64,000 bases of DNA from Chrysomallon squamiferum. Lineage: Eukaryota; Animalia; Mollusca. Below the pieces are notes generated by a model. It did not search any database, was not told the DNA's origin, and worked only from the letters and a program-made list of their open reading frames with translations. Shown piece by piece: positions 41,001 through 52,240 of the stretch. The stretch spans positions 31,062,001 through 31,126,000 of the forward strand of contig CM022672.1 of assembly GCA_012295275.1 (NCBI GenBank), read 5' to 3'. The stretch's first letter is position 1. Each line of letters starts with the position of its first letter. The translations under genes and the position numbers were made by a program.

Positions 41001-44000
41001 CCTGTGTTATAATCAATGTTACCTGTTATAATAATTTATGTTAATAAATATGTTACCAGTGTTATGATAAATATATTATCTGTGTTTTATAATAAATGTA
41101 ACCTGTTATAATAAACATGTTACCTGTGTTAAGATAAATGTTACCTGTGTTATGACAATGCTACACTCTGCCCCTCGACCTTCTCGAATGTACTGGTCCA
41201 GAATAAACTGAGGAATCTGTCAGCAGAAACAAAAAACAACAACAATAGTTCAGAAATCACAACAGTAACAGTTTCTTTTATTCATCATTTTAAATATCTG
41301 GTGATTATGTTTTGTATGCATTTTACTTCAGAGGTTAAAAAAAAAAGTATGTGATAAACATTGTTTGTGACAGAAACAAACTGAAAATAAACATTATTTG
41401 GTTATAAACACTAAACATTCAAATTACTAACAAAAGTAACCAAAAATATTAACTCATTAATTCTTCTCATTAATTAAAGAAGTAAATGAACAAGTGAATG
41501 AATATGTCTGTGTATGCATGTGTGTGTGTCTGTGTATACAGTATTCCCTCGCTGTTCGCGGGGGTTATGTTCTTTACCACCCCGCGAATAGCGAAAAACC
41601 GCGAATATTGGATGCAGTGTTAAAACGTCTATTATGAGATTATATACGGTACTAAATGCTTCCCAAACACTTTCTAAAGACACTCTTACTCATTAATACA
41701 GTAATAATGTAGTAATATTGCATGCAGTTATGTATTTCACTAATGTAGTAATGATAATGTAAACACATTTTAATTTTGTACTGAAACAATATTTTAATCA
41801 GAAAGAAACGTAAGTACAGGAGGACAGTAACACCGCATAGCATAGTTATCCATACTGTATTACTGTACCGTAAAGTCATTTTCTATGCGTACAACATATG
41901 TATTAGAATTGACAGAAAGTGGAACAAATTTAAAGGCAAACAGACAGATAAATACAAAACAGTTCAGGTAATAATAATACAATTCAGTAATAATATGCAA
42001 TTAAAAACATTATTATATACGGTCACAAGAAATATGCACTGTACATACAGTGCATGCATTTATAAAAAAAAATATACTGTATTGCAATAATAATAATTGA
42101 AAAAAAATAGATATTGTTTGTGCTGTCACCAATAATGAATGATAATAAAATGATGATGAAATTTGCAGTGCCATACGATGATGATGATAACACTAATGTA
42201 CAGTATGGCACAGCTTAGCTGCTGCTTTACAGCACTTTAGGTAATTATTCCTACTCTTCAGGCACTTAAGTCTCTATGACCTACAAAAACCTGGTTTACC
42301 GAGCATTTGTTTTTGACGTTATTATTTTGGTATACCAGCATAATGCGATAGGGTTAAGAGCCTATGAATATGCAGGGCCGTGAATGGGGAACCGCGAATA
42401 GGTGAGGGTATACTGTATATATATTTTTTATTTTTTGGGCTAACTTGATTCTTATTAGTTTATTTTCTTGTACGCCTCTGATTTCAGAGAAGAAGTAAAG
42501 TTTTTTCTATAATTCTCCATCAATTTTGAGTGCATATTTAAACAGACTGATATTAGCTATGCCTTCAGCAGTAATTAAAAACCTGTATTAATGTTATTCT
42601 CTTAATTACCTGTGTAGTTTTACCACAGCCTGTCTCACCACGGATGATTATAACTGGCTTTTTCTGAATCATCTGCAGAATGTGATCATGTGACTGAAAC
42701 ACTGGGAGGCTATGTCTTACTTGAGTCATCTGAAATTTAATAATAATAACAATAACAATAATAAAAATAACAATAAAAATACTAACAATAATAACAATAA
42801 TAAATAATAACAATAATTATAATGATAATAATAATAATACAATGACAAGAATAACAATAATAATACAATAACAGTAATAATAACAGTAATGATAACAATA
42901 ACAATAATAACAATAATTGTATTAATAATAACAATAACAACAACAACAACAACAACAATAATTTTATTAATAATAAGAAGAATAAGAAGAATTTCGAACC
43001 TGTTCTTGGTTTAAAAAAAATCATATACATACATACTACAGATTTAATTCATATTCTTAATATTTTAACTTCAAAATGTGTGATATTAAATAAAATTTAG
43101 GTGATCCATTTGTAGTAATTTTAAAATGATTGTTTCAACCACAGATTCCCAACCTTTCCAGTACTGCAACATTTGGCACTGTAACCAGAATCTTGCTTTG
43201 TTACCGCTTTTGTTTACCTCCAAAAATTTTCTATGGGGAAAGAATCTATCAGATTGGTTTTAAGATCACAATAAATAGATTATATTAGAAATGAAGTTAA
43301 CTGTAACCATTACATCAGGTATTAAGATATAACAGGTTAAATGGTAAGAAAATTACAATTTCTTTATAGTCCCTATAATTTCCATAACCATGCGGTTTTT
43401 CTCATAACAGAATTTAACATGTATGGTGGCTGGAACAGAATTTCAAAACGATAAATAATTTAAAATACAAGAATATGAAGACTGATTTACCTCCTGTAGG
43501 AACCTATCTTCGTGTGTCTGTTTTTCCATGTTGTTGTACAGATCCTGACTTATCTGTTCTAGGTTTGCCTGTAACAAGAAAGTTAATTATAAAATCAAAC
43601 ATCACAAAAAGAAAACATAAAACTGCTTTAAGAGTGATCTCTCTCTCTCTCTCTGTGCACATGTCTATCTATCTATATATCAATTTAATATATTATCAAA
43701 CAAGAATGACATTGCTCTTTATTTAAATCTACTAAAACACTAATAAAAAAAATGATATTATTCAGAATATATTAACACAAGTAAAACCAGCATATGATAT
43801 TTAAAAGTAAATCTCTGAAACAAACAAATCTGCAATTATATAACAGCATATTAATTATTATATAATTAGTATATATATCTGGTGTCATTGTGTGGGTGAT
43901 TTTCAACAATACCAATTTTGTGAAGTGTGTGAGATATGAGGGTTCTGTTGGTGGTCACGCCCATTTTTGCCAAAAATCTCAAAATTCAAGCGGCCATAAT

Positions 44001-44146
44001 CTCCCACACTACTGGTCTGATTGGGCTAAAATTTCAGATTTGGTGCTGTGGGATCCCAGTCAACAAGTATACCAAGTTTTATAAAAATCTGAGACGGTTG
44101 GGTTTAAATTTCTTTTTTGGGGGGTGATTTGACACGGAAAATCTGA

Positions 44147-44187
<41 letters not shown>

Positions 44188-45605
44188 TGTGTGTATGTGT
44201 GTGTGTAAACTAATAAACAACCAAACCAGAGCTAGAGGACCATCATCAATGTTTGCTCCCAGCCAGGGATTCCAGTTCTGCTGGGGTGGCGACCATGAAA
44301 CCACACCTGGAGCCGTTTTCTTGGGAGCTGGGTCAAACTCCTCCAGTGAAATATCTGTCAGCAAGGAGAATGGGGCTGCCTCACTGTTAGGATCTGTGGG
44401 CTGGGGAACATCATTCTGTAAACATTAAAAACTAGTATATCAAAATGTTAAATACAGATCCATTTAAAATGTAACATCTTATTATTTACAAAAATTAAAT
44501 GTCCTAAGAAGAAAAATATCTACAATGATGAAAAAAAAAAATTATGGAGTATTTCATAATAAAATGGTTTCATATTACTTCATAAGAATTCTTTATATAT
44601 CTATATCTATATATATATAAGAAAAATATATTTCAATATCAACTCTCAATATTCTCACTACTCTAACAAAATCTTTACCATTACAATTTTTCTTATTCTC
44701 TTCATTCATGTTATAAGTCATAAGACAGAAACTTCTATGCTAAACTTATTTAAATTATTTATATAATCAAAACAATTTTTATCCACATCCGATACAATTT
44801 TTCTTTCTATCTGCTGCTATTTAAATAACAAATAAGCCAATAAAAATTATTACCAAGGGAAAAATGACAAAATATTAAAAAATAAATGAATTGCTATGAC
44901 TCTTCAACATTATTTTACACTCTGTCATCCTCTTTATAATTCATCTTGATTCAAGAATGAAATCTGCTACAGGACTAATCACATTTGTAGCATCTTTTAC
45001 AAAGACCATTCTGAACATTCTAAACACTTAAATATAATTTGTACAAGTGAATTTACAGTGTTTCTCAAACTCACCATACTTCGAGGTTTAATTTGTACAA
45101 GTGAATTTACTGAGAGTATTTCTCAAACTCACCAAACTTCGAGGTTTAATTTGTACAAGTGAATTTACTGAGAGTATTTCTCAAACTCACCAAACTTCGA
45201 GGTTTAATTTGCCACATGCTAAGAACATTGTTGATCTGATTTTTCAGCTCTGGACTGATGGCCACTTCGTACGTGTCAATCTGAAAAATAGCAACAGTAA
45301 AAATCAGTTTAAGTCGTATTCCCACATTTTATGTGGTTATTTACGTAATACTACAGACACGATGTGCACTAGTTTGATTACATAAACTATCAGAGTATAT
45401 ATATTGTTCAACAGCTAAAAAGGCTCATGCTTTGTGTCAGTGATTCTAATATATATATATATATATATGTATGTATTTATGTATGTATGTATTTATGTAT
45501 GTATATATGTATATATGTATGTATATGTATATATATGTATATATATGTATATATATGTATGTATATGTATATGTATGTATGTATATATGTATATATATAT
45601 GTATG

Positions 45606-45636
<31 letters not shown>

Positions 45637-46551
45637 GTATGTATATATGTATATATGTATATATGTATGTATGTATGTATATTTGTATAGACAGACAGAG
45701 ATAAAAAAAATATAATTTAGAAGCCCCTTTCGTAAGAATGTTTTCTAAATTACAGTTTAGATAAAAATATATCTTTGACGTTCCCCAATTAAGAAGGGCT
45801 AACTGGCTATGAATCCATTCTCCAAAATATCTGAACCCCCAAGAAATCTTATTCATAATTCATAAAGTTTATACAGACCCTCTCTGACTCTTTTTTCTTC
45901 TTGACTCCTGTGAAGGCCTCTATGGCGTTCATGTGGTAGAGCTGTCTCACAAGAGAAAGGGCACAAGACTTTGAAGCTGACTGTTTGTTGGATCCATGTT
46001 CTCGAGCATGGATAGCTGAAACAGATTTGTAAAATAAGTAAAAACACCCCAATATAAAACAGAGAATGACAATTTATTGTTTAGGTTAAAGATAATATGT
46101 ACCAAATGAAAACAAATTTGTAAAATTTGTAAAATAATTAAAAAAGAGAATGACAATTTATCGTTTTAGGTTGATAATAAAAATGAAAACAAAGTAAAAT
46201 GATGATATAGAATCATTTAGGTTAAAGATAATTCAATTTTTGTAATTATTATATGTACCAAATGAATTCAAATTTGTAAAATAATTAAAAAGACGCTGAT
46301 AAAACAAAGAAAGAATAATTAATGATAAAATTTTGTAATTTAGGGTAAACGAAAACAAATTTGTAAAATAATTAAAATGATGCTGATAAAACTAAGAATA
46401 ATTATGATGAAATGATTTAGGGTAAAGACAATTCAATTTATGGAAAAATTAAAAAAATAAAATTGTTATAGAGGAAAGACCAGTATAAAATATCAATACA
46501 GAATCATAGTTTTATATGTATAAAACTAACTAACTAACTAACTAACTAACC

Positions 46552-46620
<69 letters not shown>

Positions 46621-49600
46621 AAAATATTCAAGGTGAAAATTAGAAAATATAAGTAATAATCGCAAATCTTTTTCAGAATAAAAGAGTAAAACTATTTTAA
46701 CTTACTTTGACCAACTTTCCTTACAAAGAATTTCATCTCAGCAATGAAACTTCTGTAATAGAAAAAAAAAAATAATTATAATAATAACAAAAATTGTATT
46801 TGAAATGTTAATTCGCAAAAAAACAAAAATACAGGTAGATTTAAATTATATTCTTAATTTGTTTTTCGATGCATAAATGTTAGCATTTTCTATTTACTTT
46901 CACTCTTTATTTTTAAAAAAAAAATCATTTAACAAACCAATACATATAAAGAAATTTAATATAATAATTAAATATAATTTAATATAATAATTAAAATTTA
47001 TTAAAATACATTTTTGAAAAGCAATTTTTATTATAAAATGAATCACATTAGACACTGAGAAATAAAACAAAGATGAAATTTAATTATCATGTTATAAATC
47101 ATTTTAATGCTTTGTCAGTTTATTAAAAACTTCGAGTAAAATATAAATTTTAAAAAATGCTAGTATTCATTCAATGAAAACAAATTTTAGAAACGGAAGA
47201 GTATTCTCATAAATGACAAAAATGATGACAGTGTTATATCAAGGACACAAGCATAAGAATTTAAAATTGATGGAACTGTTTTTTTCTGAAATTAAGCAAT
47301 AACGTTGCATCCATTTCAAAACACCCAAGTCCTACATCTTCTGTGATGAAGCAACAACTGAAAAACACATTAGAAATCTCCTTATGTTTAAACAAGTATA
47401 ATTCCAAAAATAACAGGTTTCATTTCAAGTGTATTTGTAAAAAAAATTTGATATAGATGATTCATTCTAAGTGATTTACTAATTATCATCGAACCTTCTG
47501 GTCTCTGAAACTGAAACGTTTAACATTATTTGTTTCTGAAATGTAAATAAACGTGAACGTAAGTTACTTACCGCTTGTTTCCAAGGTGATGCTGAACCTT
47601 GACCCCTCCCTCAGACGAAGACAGCAGCAGAGACCAAACAATCTCCAAGAATTATAAGAAACAGACCAGCCATCAATTTCAAACCATTACCAGGTCAGTG
47701 ACCCCACTCACGAGGCAATGTATAGTACGTCTGTACTGCATTTTCATAATCACTTAACAGTAACATTTACAACATTTATTTCCTAACAAATACCTTAAAA
47801 ACACCTGACATGTTTAATCCTTTTCTGCACATTCATTAAATAAAAAAATTCTATTAACACATTTCAAGACCGTAGCAATACTGCTATTTTTTTTTTAAAT
47901 TAAAATTCTAGGGATTAAATAAAAAAAAAAAAAAAAATTATTCAGTCTATTACTATCAGTATTACCGACATTTTAAGAAAAATAATGTTATAATCATACA
48001 AAAATAATAAACTGTTTGTTGTATTTCACAATTTTAGGCTGGTCTGTTTCCCCATACTTTTTTTTCTATTTTGGGGTGACAAGCTGAAACTTTATCAGCA
48101 AATCACCACAACAATGACTGGAGATTGTTTGTTCATTAAGTACGTCTATTTTAAAATAATAATTAAAAAAAAGGGCCTTAATAAATATTAAAACTTTAAA
48201 AATATTAAATATTAAAAGGTGGCCCTTGTATTATTAAAAACAAACTAGGCTTCATTAAAAAGCCTTAGAACATGTTTGTAGGTACCTATTGAAGTCTGGG
48301 CCTACTACAGAATATTTGTAATCTGCCTGAATTTTGTTGATCTGTAAAAACTGGTGCAGTCTACTTTTGGCATTTTCTAATGTCCAGTTGCCATGAATTT
48401 CTGCATTCATATCAACATCTTCTGACTGAAAAAAATAAAAAACAACTTTTACAATTTAAAACAGATCAGGACATGCAAACGAATTTAAAACAAACGAAGG
48501 AGTTTTCAAATTAAAGTTTTGCCTAATCAAAGCACAAATGGATAATTTGTTTTTGTCAACTTTCATATATGACAAACAGAATTATTTATTTTCAGTGTCA
48601 CAGAAAAAATTAACAAAAGAATTTAGAATTTAGAACAGAATGTTAACAATCTCAGTACATTGAAGGATTTTCATCAAGTTTTTTGTAAGCACAAATTAAT
48701 GTAAAAATGTGAATGTGAATGTAAAAATATTTTTAACACTTTTACATTTTACACTGAAATACCACATTAAAAATATTTGCTTTTTAGAACTTATGGATTT
48801 ATTTCTAAATATTTGAATCAAGAACCAAGAATATTTGCATTCAAACAAAATAAGTTATATACTTCCACTTTCACATTTACAAATGAAATACCTAATTACA
48901 AAAGCACATTTAAAATGTTTACTTTTTTTTTTCACATATTTCAGTACAGAAATATTTGAAATTAGAAAACAAAATGAAATATTTTTATTCTAACACAATG
49001 AGTTATTCACTCAATCCACGTTCACATTTACAAGTGTGTAAAACTGAAATATCTGATCACAAAACCAATCTAAAAACATTCACTTTTTACAAAAATATCT
49101 GAATCTTAAATCAAAAAGAAATATTCATAACCAAACACAGTAAACTATTTACTTCTTCCACTTTTTTTCTGTTGATCATATCAAGGTACTCCTGTGGGGG
49201 GCCTTTCTGGTATGCTGGGTATGTGCGAGGGGGGCCTCCCAAAGATATTGCTAAAAATAAAACATAGTTTCCACCATTATTAGGTAATGTTTTGTATTTC
49301 TACTGCATTTCATATCATTTTTATCCCACACAGCATTTATTCTAACAAATTTTTAACACTTCTAAATTAATCTTTTAATTAATTTCAACTGTAATCACTT
49401 CACCAGGTAATTTTTAGTATTTCTATTGCATTTTTCTATCATTTTAACAGGTAAAATTTATCCCTAACAAATTATTAACACTTGTAAAATAATCTTTTAA
49501 TAAAATAAAAATGAACATTGATTTCAACCATAATCACTTTAATAGGTACAGTTTTCTACGGCATTTTCATATCACATTCTCTAATACAACACTTATTTCT

Positions 49601-51466
49601 AATACTATATTTTACTCTTTTAATAAAATAAAAGCTGAATATTAATTTCATTCATTAGCATGTCGCAGATTTTCTGCACTTTCATATCATTTTATCATAC
49701 ATTTATTTCAAACAAAATGTTTAAAACATGTATTTTAATTTTTGAATATTAATTTCAACCATTTCTAGTCACTACTTAATAATAACATTTAGTGTTTCTA
49801 CTGAATTTTCGTATCATTTTATCTCTTAACATTTATTGATAACAGATTTCTAACAGATTTCTAAACACTTATTTATAAGTTAAAATCATTCTGCCAGTTA
49901 ATATGTATTTGTTAAGACTATGAATTTAAATTAAATGTCTATAAAATTGTGAATTTTTTAACAACTAAGAATGAATTATGTAAAGGTATTTTACCTGTTT
50001 CTGCTATTTCAGTAGGTAAAGGTTGGCCTCCAGGTAATTTTAGATCTCCCCCAGCCCCATTAGCTTCCCCAATTGCCTGAAAGTCCAGTGGTTTATTCTA
50101 TGACAGACAAAAACACATAACTGCATAACGAACTGTTCACAATAAAGAACGTAAGAAAAGAAAAAACACACTTTATTTTAAAATGAAATTTGTTTAAATA
50201 ACCTACTTACAAAATAATACTTTTATCATTAAAACATTTTTTGTTTGCTGATCAGTTGTTCAGAATTTAAACATCAATTTTTTATGATCATGTTAATCAA
50301 TATAGTGTGTATGTTTATATACATATACATATATATATATATATATATATACACAAAAACACACACACACAGATATATTGTCTTTCTAATTTACTTTATT
50401 GAGCTGAATATTCCTTCATCATCTGCTTTTGATACATTTGACTCTTTCAGGCTTCTTCAAGAATTTTATATCAGAAATTTCTTTTTTTTTTTATTAGAAA
50501 ACTGAGATTTGCACGACCCTATTTGAGAAGCACTGAAATTTTTGTCAGATATCTGTTATTATCTGACAGAACTAAATATACATGAGAGAGACTTTTAACA
50601 AGCTACTGCAATTAATGAAAAACAAAACATAAAAGTCACCGTAGTTGCAGGAATCTCGGAAGGAAGCATGTCTCCCTGACGAATCAGATACTGACAGAAG
50701 TCGCGTGCCGCATTCGCTTGTGCATCTTTCTTTGATGTTGAAATTCCAACACCTACGTAGTTGTAGTTTGGTACGTGAACCTGTTGAATGTAATTTTAAT
50801 CAAACTTACTGTTTTGTTAAGTAATTAGCTGGTGTGTTTTATTACTAATTTTACAAATAAAAATTAAATTTCTGAGGTACACTAATTTTGTTTTTTAGTT
50901 TTGTTTTGCTTACTTGGGCTCAACATACAAAATGTTTACATTTTTTTTTAATCTGAAAACAATTAAATCTTTTGTAAAAATTAAACTAAAAAAAAAAAAT
51001 ATAGTTATCATTATTAATTAATTACTAGTCTAAATTTACATACTTATATATGATTTCAAATCAGTTGCAACATATTTAATTAAAACAACATGGCTTGATA
51101 AATCTTTGTGACTGAAATATTTTTGTTTGACAGAAAACTACAAAATTCTTCATCTAGATTCACAGAAGGAATTTGCCAAAAAAAATAAAATCTTCATATA
51201 TGAGCATTTTTGCACACAAACGTATAAAACAAATGTGAATTTATGCTAAATTAAATAACCAGTGTACATCGAAAACACATTCATGTTGATGTTTAGTTTG
51301 GATCTGTTTAAAGAGTTTACATCTAGATAATAATTCTGAATTACATTACCTCACACTTAAACTTCAACCTGTGTTTGGGACCACTGGACTCAATTTCGTA
51401 GCTTGGAGTTAACCTCTTTCTTCCTAGCCATGCATACAGAACCTGCTTGATGTCTGTGTCACACAT
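23145..51466 (-). CDS. DHX9: ATP-dependent RNA helicase A (DExH-box helicase 9 / maleless orthologue), complete, 30 coding exons
   Basis: Spliced exons give [24 protein letters not shown] (dsRBD1), [37 protein letters not shown] (dsRBD2), [11 protein letters not shown] (MTAD), [46 protein letters not shown] and an RGG/YGG tail. All phases are consistent except one homopolymer shift in the last exon. Confidence 0.98.
24097..24770. repeat. Minisatellite with 48- and 66-bp unit variants in the last DHX9 intron
   Basis: ctgaaagctcatcatttacaaatgagaggttgtgtgtctgtatattcc, with or without catgaatgtttgtattct. Confidence 0.92.
24797..24991 (-). CDS. DHX9: DHX9 coding exon 29
   Basis: [42 protein letters not shown]. 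Confidence 0.94.
25513..25628 (-). CDS. DHX9: DHX9 coding exon 28
   Basis: [38 protein letters not shown]. Confidence 0.94.
26124..26291 (-). CDS. DHX9: DHX9 coding exon 27 (OB fold)
   Basis: [50 protein letters not shown]. Confidence 0.95.
26300..27112. repeat. 32-bp minisatellite (about 25 copies)
   Basis: cagcagacattttcattaacttcataaatata tandem array abutting the exon-27 acceptor. Confidence 0.95.
27427..27525 (-). CDS. DHX9: DHX9 coding exon 26
   Basis: [33 protein letters not shown]. Confidence 0.93.
27575..29045. repeat. About 1.5-kb (AGT/AGC)n trinucleotide array
   Basis: Directly visible; source of the long poly-L/T/S ORFs. Confidence 0.97.
30080..30164 (-). CDS. DHX9: DHX9 coding exon 25
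   Basis: [28 protein letters not shown]. Confidence 0.92.
30757..31430. repeat. 55-bp minisatellite (about 12 copies) containing the DHX9 exon-24 donor
   Basis: gagaagtcctcagtgacacaaggtaaagaaaggtgttatgacaactatttacctg. Confidence 0.95.
31429..31596 (-). CDS. DHX9: DHX9 coding exon 24
   Basis: [39 protein letters not shown]. Confidence 0.95.
32023..32134 (-). CDS. DHX9: DHX9 coding exon 23 (HA2)
   Basis: [36 protein letters not shown]. Confidence 0.95.
32635..32795 (-). CDS. DHX9: DHX9 coding exon 22
   Basis: [53 protein letters not shown]. Confidence 0.95.
33341..33493 (-). CDS. DHX9: DHX9 coding exon 21 (motif VI)
   Basis: [50 protein letters not shown]. Confidence 0.96.
33960..34033 (-). 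CDS. DHX9: DHX9 coding exon 20 (motif V)
   Basis: [24 protein letters not shown]. Confidence 0.95.
34792..34886 (-). CDS. DHX9: DHX9 coding exon 19
   Basis: [31 protein letters not shown]. Confidence 0.95.
35913..36027 (-). CDS. DHX9: DHX9 coding exon 18 (motif IV)
   Basis: [38 protein letters not shown]. Confidence 0.95.
36608..36706 (-). CDS. DHX9: DHX9 coding exon 17
   Basis: [33 protein letters not shown]. Confidence 0.93.
37793..37908 (-). CDS. DHX9: DHX9 coding exon 16
   Basis: [38 protein letters not shown]. Confidence 0.93.
38731..38887 (-). CDS. DHX9: DHX9 coding exon 15 (SAT motif III)
   Basis: [52 protein letters not shown]. Confidence 0.95.
38905..39300. repeat. About 130-bp tandem repeat (3 copies)
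   Basis: tttcaacacatttcaatattaa..aaactagaagaagagatttttctc..tttcctcctgtag recurring. Confidence 0.85.
39548..39630 (-). CDS. DHX9: DHX9 coding exon 14 (DEIH motif II)
   Basis: [27 protein letters not shown]. Confidence 0.95.
40446..40587 (-). CDS. DHX9: DHX9 coding exon 13 (motif Ia)
   Basis: [47 protein letters not shown]. Confidence 0.95.
40778..41156. repeat. Degenerate about 21-bp minisatellite containing the DHX9 exon-12 donor
   Basis: gttacctgtgttatgataa recurring. Confidence 0.85.
41145..41216 (-). CDS. DHX9: DHX9 coding exon 12
   Basis: [24 protein letters not shown]. Confidence 0.93.
41539..42415. mobile_element. Non-autonomous Tc1/mariner-superfamily (pogo/Tigger-like) element, about 877 bp
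   Basis: TA flanks on both sides. Imperfect TIRs: CAGTATTCCCTCGCTGTTCGCGG at left, CCGCGAATAGGTGAGGGTATACTG at right, with subterminal CCGCGAATA repeats. No transposase ORF. Confidence 0.8.
42610..42729 (-). CDS. DHX9: DHX9 coding exon 11 (motif I)
   Basis: [26 protein letters not shown]. Confidence 0.95.
43491..43568 (-). CDS. DHX9: DHX9 coding exon 10
   Basis: [26 protein letters not shown], 78 nt. Confidence 0.88.
43880..44145. mobile_element. Possible DNA-transposon fragment
   Basis: Sharply bounded, more GC-balanced non-coding block between simple repeats in an intron; family not identified. Confidence 0.3.
44227..44415 (-). CDS. DHX9: DHX9 coding exon 9 (MTAD)
   Basis: ..[27 protein letters not shown], 189 nt. 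Confidence 0.93.
45035..45211. repeat. 58-bp tandem triplication spanning the DHX9 exon-8 donor
   Basis: aatttgtacaagtgaatttactgagagtatttctcaaactcaccaaacttcgaggttt x3. Confidence 0.92.
45191..45280 (-). CDS. DHX9: DHX9 coding exon 8
   Basis: [30 protein letters not shown], 90 nt, ttcag/gtgagt. Confidence 0.88.
45450..45690. repeat. (TA)/(TATG)n microsatellite
   Basis: Directly visible. Confidence 0.95.
45879..46015 (-). CDS. DHX9: DHX9 coding exon 7 (dsRBD2 C-part)
   Basis: [45 protein letters not shown]. Confidence 0.95.
46706..46752 (-). CDS. DHX9: DHX9 coding exon 6 (dsRBD2)
   Basis: [15 protein letters not shown], 47 nt, tacag/gtaagt. Confidence 0.93.
47572..47782 (-). other. Candidate unannotated cassette (poison) exon in the DHX9 intron splitting dsRBD2; acceptor uncertain
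   Basis: Consensus donor GCG|GTAAGT at 47572/47571 closes a GC-richer island. Every candidate acceptor checked gives a stop or frameshift. Confidence 0.5.
48286..48425 (-). CDS. DHX9: DHX9 coding exon 5 (dsRBD2 N-part)
   Basis: [46 protein letters not shown]. Confidence 0.95.
49153..49250 (-). CDS. DHX9: DHX9 coding exon 4 (linker)
   Basis: [32 protein letters not shown]; phase fits. Confidence 0.85.
49995..50076 (-). CDS. DHX9: DHX9 coding exon 3 (linker)
   Basis: [27 protein letters not shown]; tttcag/gtaaaa, phase fits. Confidence 0.8.
50640..50780 (-). CDS. DHX9: DHX9 coding exon 2 (dsRBD1)
   Basis: [47 protein letters not shown], 141 nt. Confidence 0.94.
51350..51466 (-). CDS. DHX9: DHX9 coding exon 1 (start; dsRBD1)
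   Basis: [39 protein letters not shown]; donor gtaatg. Confidence 0.93.
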
Positions 51467-52112
51467 GACTGTCTATTTTCTGTTTTAAAAAAAAATAACA
51501 TAAACCTAAGAGTCTGATAAAAAAAAAAAAAAAAAAAAAAAAAAGTAACTGCTTTCTACACCTTAACAATTTTAATATATTATTAATTATAATTATATTA
51601 ATAATTGTTAAAAGTAAATCATGATATATATTTTTAAGATTTATAATTCATAGTTCTTATATAATACTATATCAGACAAATTTTGATCATATTTATTATT
51701 ATTTTAAATGTTTTAACATAACAAATTTAATTATTTTTGATAAAAACTGAAAGTGAAACTTCACCAGATTTGATAAATTTTTTTAATAATTTATGATTTT
51801 CTATTACTAGTACATATATAGTGTTTGCCAGCCATAAACACAAGCCTTAATCTACACTGTGGGGTAATTTTAAATATGAAACAATTAATAAATACGATTG
51901 TGACTATAACTGAAACAAAATCTTTTGACTATTCTTCAATGTTATTGTCTGTTCAGACTGTGTCATTTCTGCATATTGAGGCTTGTCCTTCGCCTGAACT
52001 GAACTGATCGGGATAAAATAATGCAGTTTTGATGAAGATGGCATATAAAACACCAAAATGATAAAAATATTTATTTATTTATTTGTTTTAAATTAAAATA
52101 ATTTAAAAATAC

Positions 52113-52240
52113 CTATTTATTCTCGATAACGTATTCATCTGATCGCAATAGACTGGTAATCCGGCAGACCAGATTTGGGTGAAATGCTACGCTGATAAGA
52201 CTAAAAGAACGGATTAAAACGACTAAATTTACGTCAGTTC
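52113..52240 (-). promoter_or_regulatory. Candidate DHX9 non-coding first exon / promoter
   Basis: Possible donor (tag|gtattt at 52112) at the point where CpG density rises abruptly, about 650 nt upstream of the ATG exon. Confidence 0.35.

Noticed and set aside
42260-42360. Possible TTAA-flanked piggyBac remnant nested in the Tigger-like element
   Set aside because: Only one convincing end (gatagggttaa); the other is too degenerate to support.
1833-51466. Calling Slit or DHX9 pseudogenes because of frameshifts
   Set aside because: All other exons keep frame, splice sites and catalytic or structural motifs. The lesions sit in a homopolymer and in a locally duplicated region, both typical of assembly error.
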